Made by a program: the position numbers and the translations under genes. Positions 8,412-17,779 of a stretch of DNA of 64,000 nt are shown here, piece after piece. The stretch comes from an uncultured Gammaproteobacteria bacterium (GTDB taxonomy: Bacteria; Patescibacteriota; Microgenomatia; Daviesbacterales; UBA10151). The DNA is taken from contig CAZYPW010000008.1 in the NCBI GenBank assembly GCA_964649615.1, positions 574-64,573 of the forward strand, given 5' to 3'. Below the pieces are notes generated by a model. The model was not told the DNA's origin and searched no databases. It saw only the letters and a program-made list of their open reading frames with translations. How positions within the stretch are numbered: position 1 is the stretch's first letter; each line of letters begins with the position of its first letter.

Positions 8412-9449
8412 TTAACCCAAAGAAGAGCCTTTAAAGATTTTTGGGGTCAGCCATTCTGGTTCCACTGTTTCAGAAACAACTCCTTCAGCTGATGGCCTTT
8501 CTTCAGGAGAAGGCTGGGTGCTGTGGTCATCACCCACATCAACATATCTTGAAGCAGCTGACGGGACAACTGGAGGCACAGTAAATGAGCTATCCTGGTC
8601 TGAAGGTGTAGATTGAGGCATCAAAGCAGACCAGTCAAAATTTGGTTTACCCTGAGCGGAGTCAAAGGACCCGCCTAGACTTACGCTAGTCGAGGCTGGT
8701 TTTTTGCCTCCTACCCGTAAACAATTAGCCACAGCCATGTAAGTTTCAGCTGTCACTTTATCTCCTGTTAAATTTAAGGTGGCTGCAAAGATGCCGACCA
8801 AAAGGTTAGAAGCAGCATCAGCATCTAAACTAAACCCTAAATCAGAGATTAAATTTACTAACATCTCAGATAAGGATGAAACATTGGCATCTAAAACATT
8901 AGTTTGGCCAAAGCTGGTATTAGCAGATTGAGTATCTACATTAACAATATGTGTACCAGAAAAAGCCTGTTGATTGCCCTGATAAATATTTCCTAAAGCA
9001 TTTAAATTAACTGCACCTATTACAAAAATTAAATTAAAGCCACTGCCTTGATAATGGGACACAATCCTGGCTGGCTGGAAAGTCTGATTAGGCAAAACAT
9101 GGAAGACTAAATTTAAATTATTATTTTCTGCTGCCCAATCCAATTTTTCCAAAGCTGGAATAGTGTTATCAGAAGCAGCCACTCCTTCTAAAGTAATAGT
9201 CAGATTTCCACCATCAGTTTTAGGAAGGCTTTTTTGGACATGGTCTACTCCAAAAAGATGGCCTGAAGAAACTTTAATATCATCATCAGAAACTATAGAA
9301 ACCTGTTTGCCAAGTGATTCTAAAACTAAAAATAAAGCTAAAGCAGCTGCCATTTTATCTATATCCGCATCTTTTGGAATGGCAATTAGAATTGATTTGG
9401 CAGTTGGCAGTAAATTCTTAAGTTCCACAATTTGTGAATCGTATTTCAT
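8412..9449 (-). CDS. DHH-family (NrnA-like) protein with degenerate catalytic motifs
   Basis: AKSILIAIPKDADIDKMAAALAL, IVNVDTQSANTSFG (usually NIDHH), DAASNLLVGI; located downstream of infB. Confidence 0.75.
   Translation of the reverse strand: MKYDSQIVELKNLLPTAKSILIAIPKDADIDKMAAALALFLVLESLGKQVSIVSDDDIKVSSGHLFGVDHVQKSLPKTDGGNLTITLEGVAASDNTIPALEKLDWAAENNNLNLVFHVLPNQTFQPARIVSHYQGSGFNLIFVIGAVNLNALGNIYQGNQQAFSGTHIVNVDTQSANTSFGQTNVLDANVSSLSEMLVNLISDLGFSLDADAASNLLVGIFAATLNLTGDKVTAETYMAVANCLRVGGKKPASTSVSLGGSFDSAQGKPNFDWSALMPQSTPSDQDSSFTVPPVVPSAASRYVDVGDDHSTQPSPEERPSAEGVVSETVEPEWLTPKIFKGSSLG
8650..8699. repeat. Two abutting palindromic elements in frame in the DHH-like gene
   Basis: CCCTGAGCGGAGTCAAAGG (8650-8668) plus CCCGCCTAGAC-TTACGCTAGT-CGAGGCTGG (8670-8699); peptide PASTSVSLGGSFDSAQG. 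Confidence 0.7.
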
Positions 9450-9503
9450 TGATTGAGGCAGTTATGCTTGAAATTTTACCTTAATATCCCATAATAGTCA
9501 AGC

Positions 9504-10958
9504 TTATATTACTCTAAAACTTTCAACTACATCATTTACTGTAAAATCAACTGGAGGATCAAACAGCATGCCGCAATCGTTTCCTTTTTCCGCCTTATTA
9601 ACTTCTTCTTTAACCTTTTTTAAAGACTTTAGCTTGGTTTCCCCAATCTTTACTCCATCCCTTAAAATCCTTAATTTATGGCCTTTGGCAAGCTCACCTT
9701 CTATTACCCTGCATCCTGCAATCTTTTCTGTCTTGCCATGGGGAAACTGGGCAATAATATTAGCTTTACCTATTACCTCCTCAAGCTGCCCAACCTCAAG
9801 CAGAGTTTGGACCACATCTTCAATCTCTTCTATTAATTCATAAATAATATTGTAAGTTCTGATTAAAATATGGTCATTCTCAGCAATTTTTTGGGCAGAA
9901 GTAGTTACTTTGACATTAAAACCTACTACAATTGCTCCTACTGATGAGGCTAATCTAATATTATCCTCTCCAATATCTCCTATCCCGCTAAAGATAAAAT
10001 CAACTACTTTTCTTTCTTCATTAAATTTCTCTAAAGAAGCTTGTATTGCCTCTAGCGAACCCTGTTTATCTGCTTTAATAATGACCTTCAAGGTTTTACT
10101 ATCTCCTTGTTTTAACTTGTCCACCATACTTGATACTTGATACTTGATACTTGATACATCTCCTGGCTCTTCTCCTAATTTTGCTCCCACCAATGGCACT
10201 GCTTCCAATCCCAGTATTTCCACAGGAGTAGATGGTCCAGCCTGATCAACTGCTTTACTATTAAAATCAAACATTCCCCTAATCTTTCCTTTAATGCCTC
10301 CTAGTTGAATCTGATCCCCTTTCTTTAGTGTTCCATTTCTAATTAAAATTGTGGCAATTGGGCCTTTAAATTTATCTAATGTTGCCTCAATTACTACCCC
10401 AGCCACAGGAGCTTGTGGATCAGCTTTAATCTCATTTAGTTCAGCAACTAAAGTAACCATCTCTAAAAGCTTATCTACTCCCTCACCAGTTTTGGCAGAA
10501 AGAGGCACCAATGGCACATCTCCCCCATATTCTTCTGCTAAAATTTCCCTATCAGATAGTTGTTTTTTAATTTTCTCTAGCTGCACTTTGACATTCACAC
10601 CAGCTAGATCTACTTTGTTTATTGCCACAATTAAAGGAACTTTCGCTTCTTTAATGTGCTTGATAGCCTCATCTGTTTGAGGCATAATTCCATCATCTAC
10701 AGCCACCACCAAAACAGCTATATCAGCTACCTTGGCTCCCCTGGATCTCATTTTTTCAAAAGCAGCGTGTCCCGGGGTATCTATGAAAGTGATTAATTTA
10801 CCATCATGGGTAACTTGATATGCCCCAATATGTTGGGTAATGCCGCCATGTTCTTTGGTTGCCACGGAAGATTTGCGGATAAAATCTAATAGCGTAGTCT
10901 TGCCATGGTCAACATGGCCCAGGATCGTGACTATGGGAGGTCTAGTAACTTGGCTCAT
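9504..10958 (-). CDS. infB: Translation initiation factor IF-2 (short form, no N-terminal extension)
   Basis: RPPIVTILGHVDHGKTTLLD, GGITQHIGAY, FIDTPGHAAF, IKADKQGSLEA. Confidence 0.97.
   Translation of the reverse strand: MSQVTRPPIVTILGHVDHGKTTLLDFIRKSSVATKEHGGITQHIGAYQVTHDGKLITFIDTPGHAAFEKMRSRGAKVADIAVLVVAVDDGIMPQTDEAIKHIKEAKVPLIVAINKVDLAGVNVKVQLEKIKKQLSDREILAEEYGGDVPLVPLSAKTGEGVDKLLEMVTLVAELNEIKADPQAPVAGVVIEATLDKFKGPIATILIRNGTLKKGDQIQLGGIKGKIRGMFDFNSKAVDQAGPSTPVEILGLEAVPLVGAKLGEEPGDVSSIKYQVSSMVDKLKQGDSKTLKVIIKADKQGSLEAIQASLEKFNEERKVVDFIFSGIGDIGEDNIRLASSVGAIVVGFNVKVTTSAQKIAENDHILIRTYNIIYELIEEIEDVVQTLLEVGQLEEVIGKANIIAQFPHGKTEKIAGCRVIEGELAKGHKLRILRDGVKIGETKLKSLKKVKEEVNKAEKGNDCGMLFDPPVDFTVNDVVESFRVI
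10126..10157. repeat. (ATACTTG)x4.5 perfect heptamer array in frame in infB
   Basis: atacttgatacttgatacttgatacttgatac; encodes VSSIKYQVSSM. Confidence 0.9.
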
Positions 10959-10993
10959 ACTTAATTCTTTTTACTCCTTTCAATTAAATGAGA

Positions 10994-11083
10994 AAGTATT
11001 AAGTATCAAGTAGTAAGTATTATGGGAAATAATAAATTTAAATCTTTCATACCCTTAATACATAATACTTAATACATACTACT
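10994..11083. repeat. Inverted pair of heptamer arrays in the nusA-infB spacer
   Basis: AAGTATT AAGTATC AAGTAGT AAGTATT ... TAATACA TAATACT TAATACA TACTACT; same unit family as the infB array. Confidence 0.8.
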
Positions 11084-12263
11084 CATTCTTATCTTTTTCC
11101 ATATCAGCTTCTGCAGGTAAGGTTTTGGTATCATCTGCAGGTTTAGTTCCAGCTTGTGGTTCTTCCTTTTTTTCTCCAGTTCCCTCAGTTTTCACTTCAC
11201 CTTCACTTTTTACAGCTTCCTCTGCTTTTTTCCCAGCTACTTGCTGCTCACTACCTGCTACTGACTCCTCTTCTGCTCCAACAATATCAATCTTCCAGCC
11301 TGTTAATTTAGCAGCTAAACGAACATTTTGCCCTCCCTTGCCTATAGCCAAAGACATCTGATCTTGAGGAACAGTCACTGTGGCAATTTTGTCAGTTTCA
11401 TTCAAACTCACTTGTAAATCTTTAGCTGGTGACAGGGCTGCAGCAATAAACCTGGCAGGATCATCTGAATAGGTAATAATATCTATTTTTTCCTCACCCA
11501 ACTCAGACATCACAGCCTGAACTCTGACCCCTTTTTGGCCCACCAAAGATCCCACAGGATCTACTCCTTCTTGAGATGATTGAGCTGCAATTTTAGTCCT
11601 GGAGCCTACTTCTCTGGCAATGGCCCGCACCTCAACTGCCCCATTTTGAATTTCTGGCACCTCTAGCGCAAAAAGAGCTTTAACTAAAGCAGGATCTGAT
11701 CTGGAAACTACCACTTCAGAACCTCTCCCGCCTTCTCTGATCTCTTTGACTAAAAACTTCAATCTTTGGTTTTGATGATACATTTCTGTATGGACTTGTT
11801 CAGATGGAGGTAAAACTCCTTCAGCCCTGCCTAAATCTACAAAAAAAGTATTGCCTTCTTGCCTTTGGATATTTCCAGAGATAACTGTACCTAATTTGCC
11901 CTCATATTCAGATAAAATTGCCCCTCTTTCTGCTTCATTAAGCCTTTGCATAATCACTTGCTTGGCAATTGAGGCTGCAATTCTGGCAAAGCCAGGGGGG
12001 GTGACATTTTTCTTTTTATCAAAGATCTTAATCTCACCAGTGGCAGGATCTACCTCAGAGGTAAACTCTTCAATATCTTCAGGCACTACTTCATTTCTAA
12101 GCATTAAATCTTTTTTGTAGGCAGCTAAAGCTGCTGCTTTGATTGCTTCTGTCACCACTGATGGGTCTACCCCTTTTTCAGAGGCTATTTGATTTAATGC
12201 AGCTGCAAATTCTGTTCGTGCTTGTGCCAATCGGAGCGCCCCTTTCTTTGGCGCGAAATCCAC
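11079..12263 (-). CDS. nusA: Transcription termination/antitermination factor NusA
   Basis: GFARIAASIAKQVIMQ, VVVSRS, AREVGSRTKIA, LAIGKGGQNVRLAAKLTGWKIDI. Alternative start TTG 12230 with an AAAGGGG SD-like site. Confidence 0.97.
   Translation of the reverse strand: MDFAPKKGALRLAQARTEFAAALNQIASEKGVDPSVVTEAIKAAALAAYKKDLMLRNEVVPEDIEEFTSEVDPATGEIKIFDKKKNVTPPGFARIAASIAKQVIMQRLNEAERGAILSEYEGKLGTVISGNIQRQEGNTFFVDLGRAEGVLPPSEQVHTEMYHQNQRLKFLVKEIREGGRGSEVVVSRSDPALVKALFALEVPEIQNGAVEVRAIAREVGSRTKIAAQSSQEGVDPVGSLVGQKGVRVQAVMSELGEEKIDIITYSDDPARFIAAALSPAKDLQVSLNETDKIATVTVPQDQMSLAIGKGGQNVRLAAKLTGWKIDIVGAEEESVAGSEQQVAGKKAEEAVKSEGEVKTEGTGEKKEEPQAGTKPADDTKTLPAEADMEKDKNE
11234..11261. repeat. Degenerate heptamer array in the nusA C-terminal tail
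   Basis: CAGCTAC TTGCTGC TCACTAC CTGCTAC; peptide VAGSEQQVA. Confidence 0.55.
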
Positions 12264-12296
12264 TTGTCAAAAATACGGTTGAGTATTTTTGACAAG
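12263..12296. promoter_or_regulatory. Perfect 14-bp inverted repeat upstream of nusA
   Basis: CTTGTCAAAAATAC-ggttga-GTATTTTTGACAAG. Confidence 0.7.
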
Positions 12297-12317
12297 GGCT
12301 AAAATCCTTTATCTATC

Positions 12318-12341
12318 AAAAAGGTGGGACTAGCCCACCTT
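12318..12341 (-). terminator. Leader terminator/attenuator upstream of nusA (rimP-leader-like)
   Basis: Minus strand AAGGTGGG-CTAGT-CCCACCTTTTT. Confidence 0.6.
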
Positions 12342-12448
12342 CTCAGGTCCTTCGGATTATTAACCACGCTTTAGATAGTGAAACTATCGCAAGCTATGCT
12401 TATTTTAATCCTTTATAAAATTGAAGTCAACCCACCGCTAATTAACTG

Positions 12449-13372
12449 TTAGAACCAGCCTTTTTTCTTGTTGCTTAAATTATAAAGCTCCTCATATAAT
12501 TGTTTTTCCTGTTTAGATGGATTTTGCGGGACATTTAAATTTACCCTCACATAATGGTCTCCATGGCCAGTTTCACCTAATCTAGCTACACCTTTTCCTT
12601 TTAATTTAACCAAGGATCCTGGCTGGGTGCCTGGAGGAACTTTAACCTTCATCTTTCCCTGTACAGTATTAACTTCAAATATATCTCCCAAAACCAATTG
12701 GGGAATGTTAATGGTAATTTCAGAAAATATATCTGCTCCTTCTCTTAAAAATTCCTGATTTCTCTGTACTCCAAAAACAATATCTAAATCACCAAATTTC
12801 ATCTTAGTCCCATTATCAACTCCTGCCGGAACCTTAATCTTTAATCTTTTTCTCTCCAGCCTGCCAGATTGATTTCTGGATTCAATTTCCACCTCTTTTG
12901 TTACCCCTTTTATTGCCTCATCAAAGGATAAATTAAGCTGATAAGTTGGCCTTCTTCTCATTTGAGCTCCAAATCCACCCCCAAATATTTGTTCAAAAAG
13001 ATCAAATGGGTCTTCAAATCCGCCAAAATCGAATTGGACATTAGGGTTACCTCCTGATGAAGACCAGGAGTAAGTTCTAGCCCCACCTCCGAATGGATTA
13101 AACCCTCCTCCTGCAAAAGGATTACCACCATCGCCTCCGGCTCCTCTCTCAAAAGCAGCGTGGCCAAACTGGTCATAAGCACCCTTTTTTTGTGGATCAG
13201 ATAACACCTGATAGGCCTCCCCAAGTTCCTTAAACCTCACATCTGCACCGGCAGATTTATCTATATCAGGATGGTGCTGTCTTGCCAGTTTACGGTAAGC
13301 AGATTTTATTTCTGCCTCAGATGCTCCTTTTTTAACTCCAAGTATTTCGTAGTAATCACGCTTTGTAGCCAT
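12449..13372 (-). CDS. dnaJ: DnaJ-family co-chaperone (no Zn finger; class B/CbpA-like)
   Basis: [13 protein letters not shown]-domain, G/F-rich region, C-terminal domain; no CxxCxGxG. Confidence 0.92.
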   Translation of the reverse strand: MATKRDYYEILGVKKGASEAEIKSAYRKLARQHHPDIDKSAGADVRFKELGEAYQVLSDPQKKGAYDQFGHAAFERGAGGDGGNPFAGGGFNPFGGGARTYSWSSSGGNPNVQFDFGGFEDPFDLFEQIFGGGFGAQMRRRPTYQLNLSFDEAIKGVTKEVEIESRNQSGRLERKRLKIKVPAGVDNGTKMKFGDLDIVFGVQRNQEFLREGADIFSEITINIPQLVLGDIFEVNTVQGKMKVKVPPGTQPGSLVKLKGKGVARLGETGHGDHYVRVNLNVPQNPSKQEKQLYEELYNLSNKKKGWF

Positions 13373-13389
13373 ATATTCTGCTTGTCATT

Positions 13390-13416
13390 ATAGCAGTCTA
13401 AGCTGAAAAGTGCTAG
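13390..13416 (-). promoter_or_regulatory. CIRCE-like HrcA operator upstream of dnaJ
   Basis: Minus strand CTAGCACTT-N9-GACTGCTAT, overlapping a TATAAT box. Confidence 0.75.
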
Positions 13417-13521
13417 CCTTCTCTAAGTAGCCATCCCAGGGGTGGATTTGTATTGACACCCTCCAGAGGCGGGCAGGCCTGCGGATTTTCCTTAACTTAT
13501 ACGCTCACATCTATTTTAAAA

Positions 13522-13551
13522 TACATTTATGCTACGACCGTATGATAAATG
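13522..13551. repeat. Palindromic element (TACATTTAT..ACGACCGT..ATAAATG family)
   Basis: TACATTTATGCTACGACCGTATGATAAATG; related copy in tatD at 47410-47441. Confidence 0.65.
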
Positions 13552-13638
13552 AAAGAATGGAAATTACAAAAAGGGTTAAAACAACCTTTCCAGTTGACTT
13601 TTTAAGCTTAATCTGTTATCCTATAATAACTAAAGATC

Positions 13639-13884
13639 ATGAAAGATAGATTACTAGAAAAATATTATGATTACACTAGAGTTCCTCTTAAAACTACTAA
13701 GGTTGCTCCTGGTGTACCAAGATCAGTTATAAAAATACCTACTGCTACTAGAATATTTATAGATAAAGATAACCCATATATTGGTAAGGATGGTCACGAT
13801 TATTATTCTTTAGAAGCATTACAATCTGCTAATGATTTCTGGAAAAAAGTTCACTTTCCAAAAAGTAGAAGACCTTTGAAGTAA
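13639..13884 (+). CDS. Hypothetical protein (81 aa)
   Basis: Clean ORF preceded by TTGACT and TATAAT-like boxes; no recognisable family. Confidence 0.6.
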   Translation: MKDRLLEKYYDYTRVPLKTTKVAPGVPRSVIKIPTATRIFIDKDNPYIGKDGHDYYSLEALQSANDFWKKVHFPKSRRPLK

Positions 13885-13965
13885 TTATTCTTCTTTCTTT
13901 CCTTGTCCTGAGCTTGCCGAAGGATCTTCCTCCACTACCTCACCTTCAACAGCTTCCTCAGTTTT
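13885..13965 (-). pseudogene. Orphan diverged copy of the dnaK 3' end containing a palindromic insertion
   Basis: Translates [26 protein letters not shown], versus the DnaK end [18 protein letters not shown] (15342-15398). Confidence 0.88.
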
Positions 13966-14389
13966 GTTTTTCCAAAAATTCATTAATGTTTCTAACAAAC
14001 TCTCTTAAATCATTCAGCCCAATACTAGCAGACTCGGCTAAGATGTTTAAATCTACATCAAGATACATATGCACCAAAATATTTCTAAGCCCGACAGCTT
14101 TCCCTAATTTTTCTGACAGACCTTTAGTAATAATGCCTTCTTTAACTAATAAGGGAAATAAATCCCTAGCATATTCAGGCATTCCAAGATTTAAACTAGA
14201 AACAATATGTTCTGCTACATTAATAACCATCTCTACGGCAACTTGCATACGATGTTTAGTCGCATCAGTAAAGATTAGATTTTCCTCTTCGTCTAAAGCC
14301 TCCCTAGTAACATGGCTATCCTCAATTATTTTAATTTCTCCTTCCAGGTAACGCAGAATATGATCAATAGTCTTTTTGTTAATAGCCAT
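13958..14389 (-). CDS. HEPN/DUF86 (HepT-like) RNase toxin
   Basis: GLRNILVHMY RxxxxH motif; pairs with the upstream MNT gene. Confidence 0.9.
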   Translation of the reverse strand: MAINKKTIDHILRYLEGEIKIIEDSHVTREALDEEENLIFTDATKHRMQVAVEMVINVAEHIVSSLNLGMPEYARDLFPLLVKEGIITKGLSEKLGKAVGLRNILVHMYLDVDLNILAESASIGLNDLREFVRNINEFLEKQN

Positions 14390-14801
14390 AAGTTCCCCCT
14401 CTAATTCTTTTTTTCATATAATCATAATCTATATCCCGTAGCCTTTGTGTATCATAAAACTCTCTCATAATAGCTACTTCAAACTCAATCCTCTTTGTTT
14501 CATCTTTACTGTAAATATTTTCCCCCTGGATTACATTCATTAAAAATACCGGCGATTCTTTTAAACTTATCCCTCTCACCTCTGGCTCTGCTTTAACACT
14601 TATTTTTGGAAATTCTGAATATAATCTTCCTAATCTACTATAAAGGTCAACTTTCCCGTCAAATAGCACAGCAATATCAAGATCACTTCCTTTATGGGGG
14701 TTTCCAGAGGCAAAAGAGCCATACAAATAGACTGCCACTACATCTTTTTGAGTGGCAAAGTAATCCTGAATTTTTTTAATATCAGCTTCACTTAATTTCA
14801 T
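14379..14801 (-). CDS. Minimal nucleotidyltransferase (MntA-like antitoxin)
   Basis: VYLYGSFASG...SDLDIAV. Confidence 0.9.
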   Translation of the reverse strand: MKLSEADIKKIQDYFATQKDVVAVYLYGSFASGNPHKGSDLDIAVLFDGKVDLYSRLGRLYSEFPKISVKAEPEVRGISLKESPVFLMNVIQGENIYSKDETKRIEFEVAIMREFYDTQRLRDIDYDYMKKRIRGGTYGY

Positions 14802-14934
14802 GTCTTAATTTTAACACAAAGAATGACAAATTAAGATCCCACCATCAAAAATGCTTAACCACATCCACAAAACTCTTCTGCTAATTTTCATTAACATGTA
14901 CGATCGCACACTTTAATGGCAACAATAAATTGTG

Positions 14935-14955
14935 TTCCCACTTGGAATGTGGGAA
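14935..14955. repeat. TTCCCAC..GTGGGAA palindrome
   Basis: TTCCCACTTGGAATGTGGGAA; related copy at 37484-37504. Confidence 0.6.
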
Positions 14956-15007
14956 GGTAGACAAAAAATACTTGACATATTCTTCAGAAAAACTGATACT
15001 GAAAATA

Positions 15008-15319
15008 GTGAAACAGGATAAATTACTTATAAAAATTGCAAAATTATTCGCTGTAATTATAGCTGGTAAGTTTATAAATCTTCCCTTACTTGTTGTTGTT
15101 TCTTTAATACTTGGAAACAATTTTACCGATGAAATATCTATAGCTTATAACTTGACAATGGGATCTGTTCTTGGAGCAATTGGTTATTCATGGATAAAAG
15201 ATTCTAAAAATGGCAGGATTGTTTATGGTGTTATTATTGCTATAACATGGGTTATCTTAAATTTAGGATTTATAGCTATAGATTGGACTTTTATACAAAA
15301 CAGAAAACGGTTTGGTTGA
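15008..15319 (+). CDS. Small hypothetical membrane protein
   Basis: Three hydrophobic segments. GTG 15008 is preferred over the track start 14930 (which lies in a palindrome) because TTGACA-17-GATACT precedes it. Confidence 0.6.
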   Translation: MKQDKLLIKIAKLFAVIIAGKFINLPLLVVVSLILGNNFTDEISIAYNLTMGSVLGAIGYSWIKDSKNGRIVYGVIIAITWVILNLGFIAIDWTFIQNRKRFG

Positions 15320-15341
15320 ATTCAGCAAATCAATACTTAGG

Positions 15342-17264
15342 CTATTCTTCTTTTTTCTCTTCTTCCACCACTTCACCTTCAACAGCCTCTTCAGTTTTTG
15401 GAGCTTCTCCTGATTTTTCTGATTCACTGGCAGTCTGACCTTCTGGTTGTTCTGAGTCATTCTGAGTTTTCTGATCCTTATACATAGCTGATCCTACTTT
15501 TTGCAGCACCTCCCCCAGCGCATCACCTTTTTTCTTAATATCATCTGTGTCTTCACCTTTGAGCGCTTCTTTTAGCTCATTTAGCTTTTGTTCAACTTCT
15601 GTTCTAACCTCAGCGGAAACTTTATCCCCATTATCTTTTAAGGTTTTTTCTGTCTGGTACACCAATCCATCAGCAATATTTTTAGTCTCAATCCCTTCTT
15701 TTTTCTTTTTGTCTTCCTCTGCATGGGCTTCTGCCTCTTTGGTCATCTTCTCGACTTCTTCCTTATCCAAACCTGTTGAACCGGTGATTGTTATTTTTTG
15801 CTCTTTACCAGTGGCTTTATCTTTGGCAGAGACATTTAATATGCCGTTAGCATCAATGTCAAAAGTGACCTCAACTTGCGGCACACCCCTTGGGGCCGGG
15901 GGAATTCCATCAAGCACAAACCTGCCCAATGATTTATTATCAGCAGCCATTTCTCTTTCCCCTTGCAAAACATTAATCTCCACAGCCGGCTGATTATCTG
16001 CAGCTGTTGAAAATACCTCTGATTTGGAAGAAGGAATAGTGGTGTTTCTATTTATCAAAGGAGTCCTGACTCCACCCAAAGTTTCAATTCCCAAAGTCAG
16101 GGGAGTCACATCCAATAAAAGTACATCCTTAACTTCCCCGCCTAAAACCCCTCCCTGGATGGCAGCTCCCACCGCCACTACCTCATCCGGATTAATCCCT
16201 TTATGTCCTTCTTTGCCAAAAAAATCTGAAACTGCTTTTTGGACAGATGGCATCCTGGTCATTCCACCAACCAAAACCACTTCATCAACATCTTTAGATT
16301 CCAGCTTGGCATCTTTCATAGCAGCCTTAACTGCTTCAAAGGATTTATCAATTAAAGGCTTCACCATAGCTTCAAGTTTGGCCCTACTTAGCTTCATCTC
16401 TAAATGTTTAGGTCCTGAGGTATCCGCGGTCACAAAGGGGATAGAAATTGAAGCCTCCATAGAAGATGACAGCTCAATCTTGGCTTTTTCAGCAGCATCT
16501 CGAAGCCGTTGAAGCGCTTGTCTGTCTCCTTTTAAATCAATTCCTTCTTGTTTTTTAAATTCATCTGCCAGCCAATCTATAATAATTTGATCAAAATCAT
16601 CTCCACCTAAATGAGTATCTCCATTAGTAGATTTAACCTCAATTACCCCATCACCTAACTCTAAAATAGAGATATCAAAAGTTCCCCCGCCTAAATCATA
16701 AACAGCAATAGTATGAGCATGAGATTTATCCAGTCCATAAGCCAAAGCTGCAGCAGTTGGCTCATTAATAATTCTTTGCACATTAAGCCCTGCTATTTCT
16801 CCTGCCTGTTTGGTGGCTTGCCTCCCCGCATCATCAAAATAAGCAGGAACTGTAATAACTGCATCAGTCACTTTTTCTCCTAAATAAGATTCAGCATCAG
16901 CTTTAATCTTTTGTAAAATTTGGGCAGAAATTTCCTGCGGAGTATATTCATGGCCTTCTACCTCCACCACAGCCATACCATTTTTACCGGACTTTATTTC
17001 ATAAGGCAGCCATTCTTTATCTCTTTTCACTTCCGGATCAGCAAACTTTCTGCCCATCAATCTTTTGACAGAAAAAATAGTCTCTTTAGGGTTAACCACA
17101 GCCTGACGTTTAGCCACCCTTCCCACAATATTTTTAATGGGATTTGAAACTGAGGGGATAATATTTTCCCCTTCAGCGCTGTGGATAACTTTGGGTTTTC
17201 CACCCTCCATTACAGCTACAGCTGAATTTGTTGTCCCTAAATCAATTCCAACAATTTTACTCAT
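15342..17264 (-). CDS. dnaK: Chaperone DnaK (Hsp70)
   Basis: [47 protein letters not shown]. Confidence 0.99.
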   Translation of the reverse strand: MSKIVGIDLGTTNSAVAVMEGGKPKVIHSAEGENIIPSVSNPIKNIVGRVAKRQAVVNPKETIFSVKRLMGRKFADPEVKRDKEWLPYEIKSGKNGMAVVEVEGHEYTPQEISAQILQKIKADAESYLGEKVTDAVITVPAYFDDAGRQATKQAGEIAGLNVQRIINEPTAAALAYGLDKSHAHTIAVYDLGGGTFDISILELGDGVIEVKSTNGDTHLGGDDFDQIIIDWLADEFKKQEGIDLKGDRQALQRLRDAAEKAKIELSSSMEASISIPFVTADTSGPKHLEMKLSRAKLEAMVKPLIDKSFEAVKAAMKDAKLESKDVDEVVLVGGMTRMPSVQKAVSDFFGKEGHKGINPDEVVAVGAAIQGGVLGGEVKDVLLLDVTPLTLGIETLGGVRTPLINRNTTIPSSKSEVFSTAADNQPAVEINVLQGEREMAADNKSLGRFVLDGIPPAPRGVPQVEVTFDIDANGILNVSAKDKATGKEQKITITGSTGLDKEEVEKMTKEAEAHAEEDKKKKEGIETKNIADGLVYQTEKTLKDNGDKVSAEVRTEVEQKLNELKEALKGEDTDDIKKKGDALGEVLQKVGSAMYKDQKTQNDSEQPEGQTASESEKSGEAPKTEEAVEGEVVEEEKKEE

Positions 17265-17779
17265 ATATTTTCTCCTTCTTTGTCCGCCGAAGCTGCAACG
17301 GAGGTGGATCTTCCTACCACCACTTGAGCTGGTCTTACAACCTTCCCATTTAGATTATACCCTTTTCTGACAACTTTTAAAATTATATTATCTTCCCCCT
17401 CCTGTATGTCAACAGCTTCATGAAGGCTAGGATCAAATTGTCCGTCTGCTACAATTTCCTCCAACCCTTCAGATTTCAAGACCTCTTTAAACTGCTTTAC
17501 AGCTAACTCTACTCCTTGAAACCAGCCCTTCGACTCACTTTGTTCGCTCAGGGTGGATCGACCAAGATCAACCACCTGTTCTAAATGATCTAAAACTGGT
17601 AACAATCTTTTAACCAATTCTGCTCCCATAAAATTAGTTAACTCTGATCTACCTTCTGAAACTCTTTTCTCCAAATTTTGATAATCAGCCACTGCCCTTT
17701 TTAACTGGTTTTCCAGATCTGCCACTCGTTGTTCTAAATCACTTTTCACTTTTAACTTTTCACTTTTAACTTTATTCAT
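17261..17779 (-). CDS. grpE: Nucleotide exchange factor GrpE
   Basis: [47 protein letters not shown]. Confidence 0.96.
   Translation of the reverse strand: MNKVKSEKLKVKSDLEQRVADLENQLKRAVADYQNLEKRVSEGRSELTNFMGAELVKRLLPVLDHLEQVVDLGRSTLSEQSESKGWFQGVELAVKQFKEVLKSEGLEEIVADGQFDPSLHEAVDIQEGEDNIILKVVRKGYNLNGKVVRPAQVVVGRSTSVAASADKEGENI
17283..17308. repeat. GC-rich hairpin element in the grpE C-terminus
   Basis: TCCGCCGAAGCTGCAACGGAGGTGGA; peptide STSVAASAD. Confidence 0.55.
17526..17553. repeat. CCTTCGAC..CTCAGG family element in frame in grpE
   Basis: CCCTTCGACTCACTTTGTTCGCTCAGGG; peptide [10 protein letters not shown]. Confidence 0.8.
17740..17774. repeat. Heptamer array at the grpE N-terminus
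   Basis: CACTTTT CACTTTT AACTTTT CACTTTT AACTTTA; peptide [11 protein letters not shown]. Confidence 0.8.
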
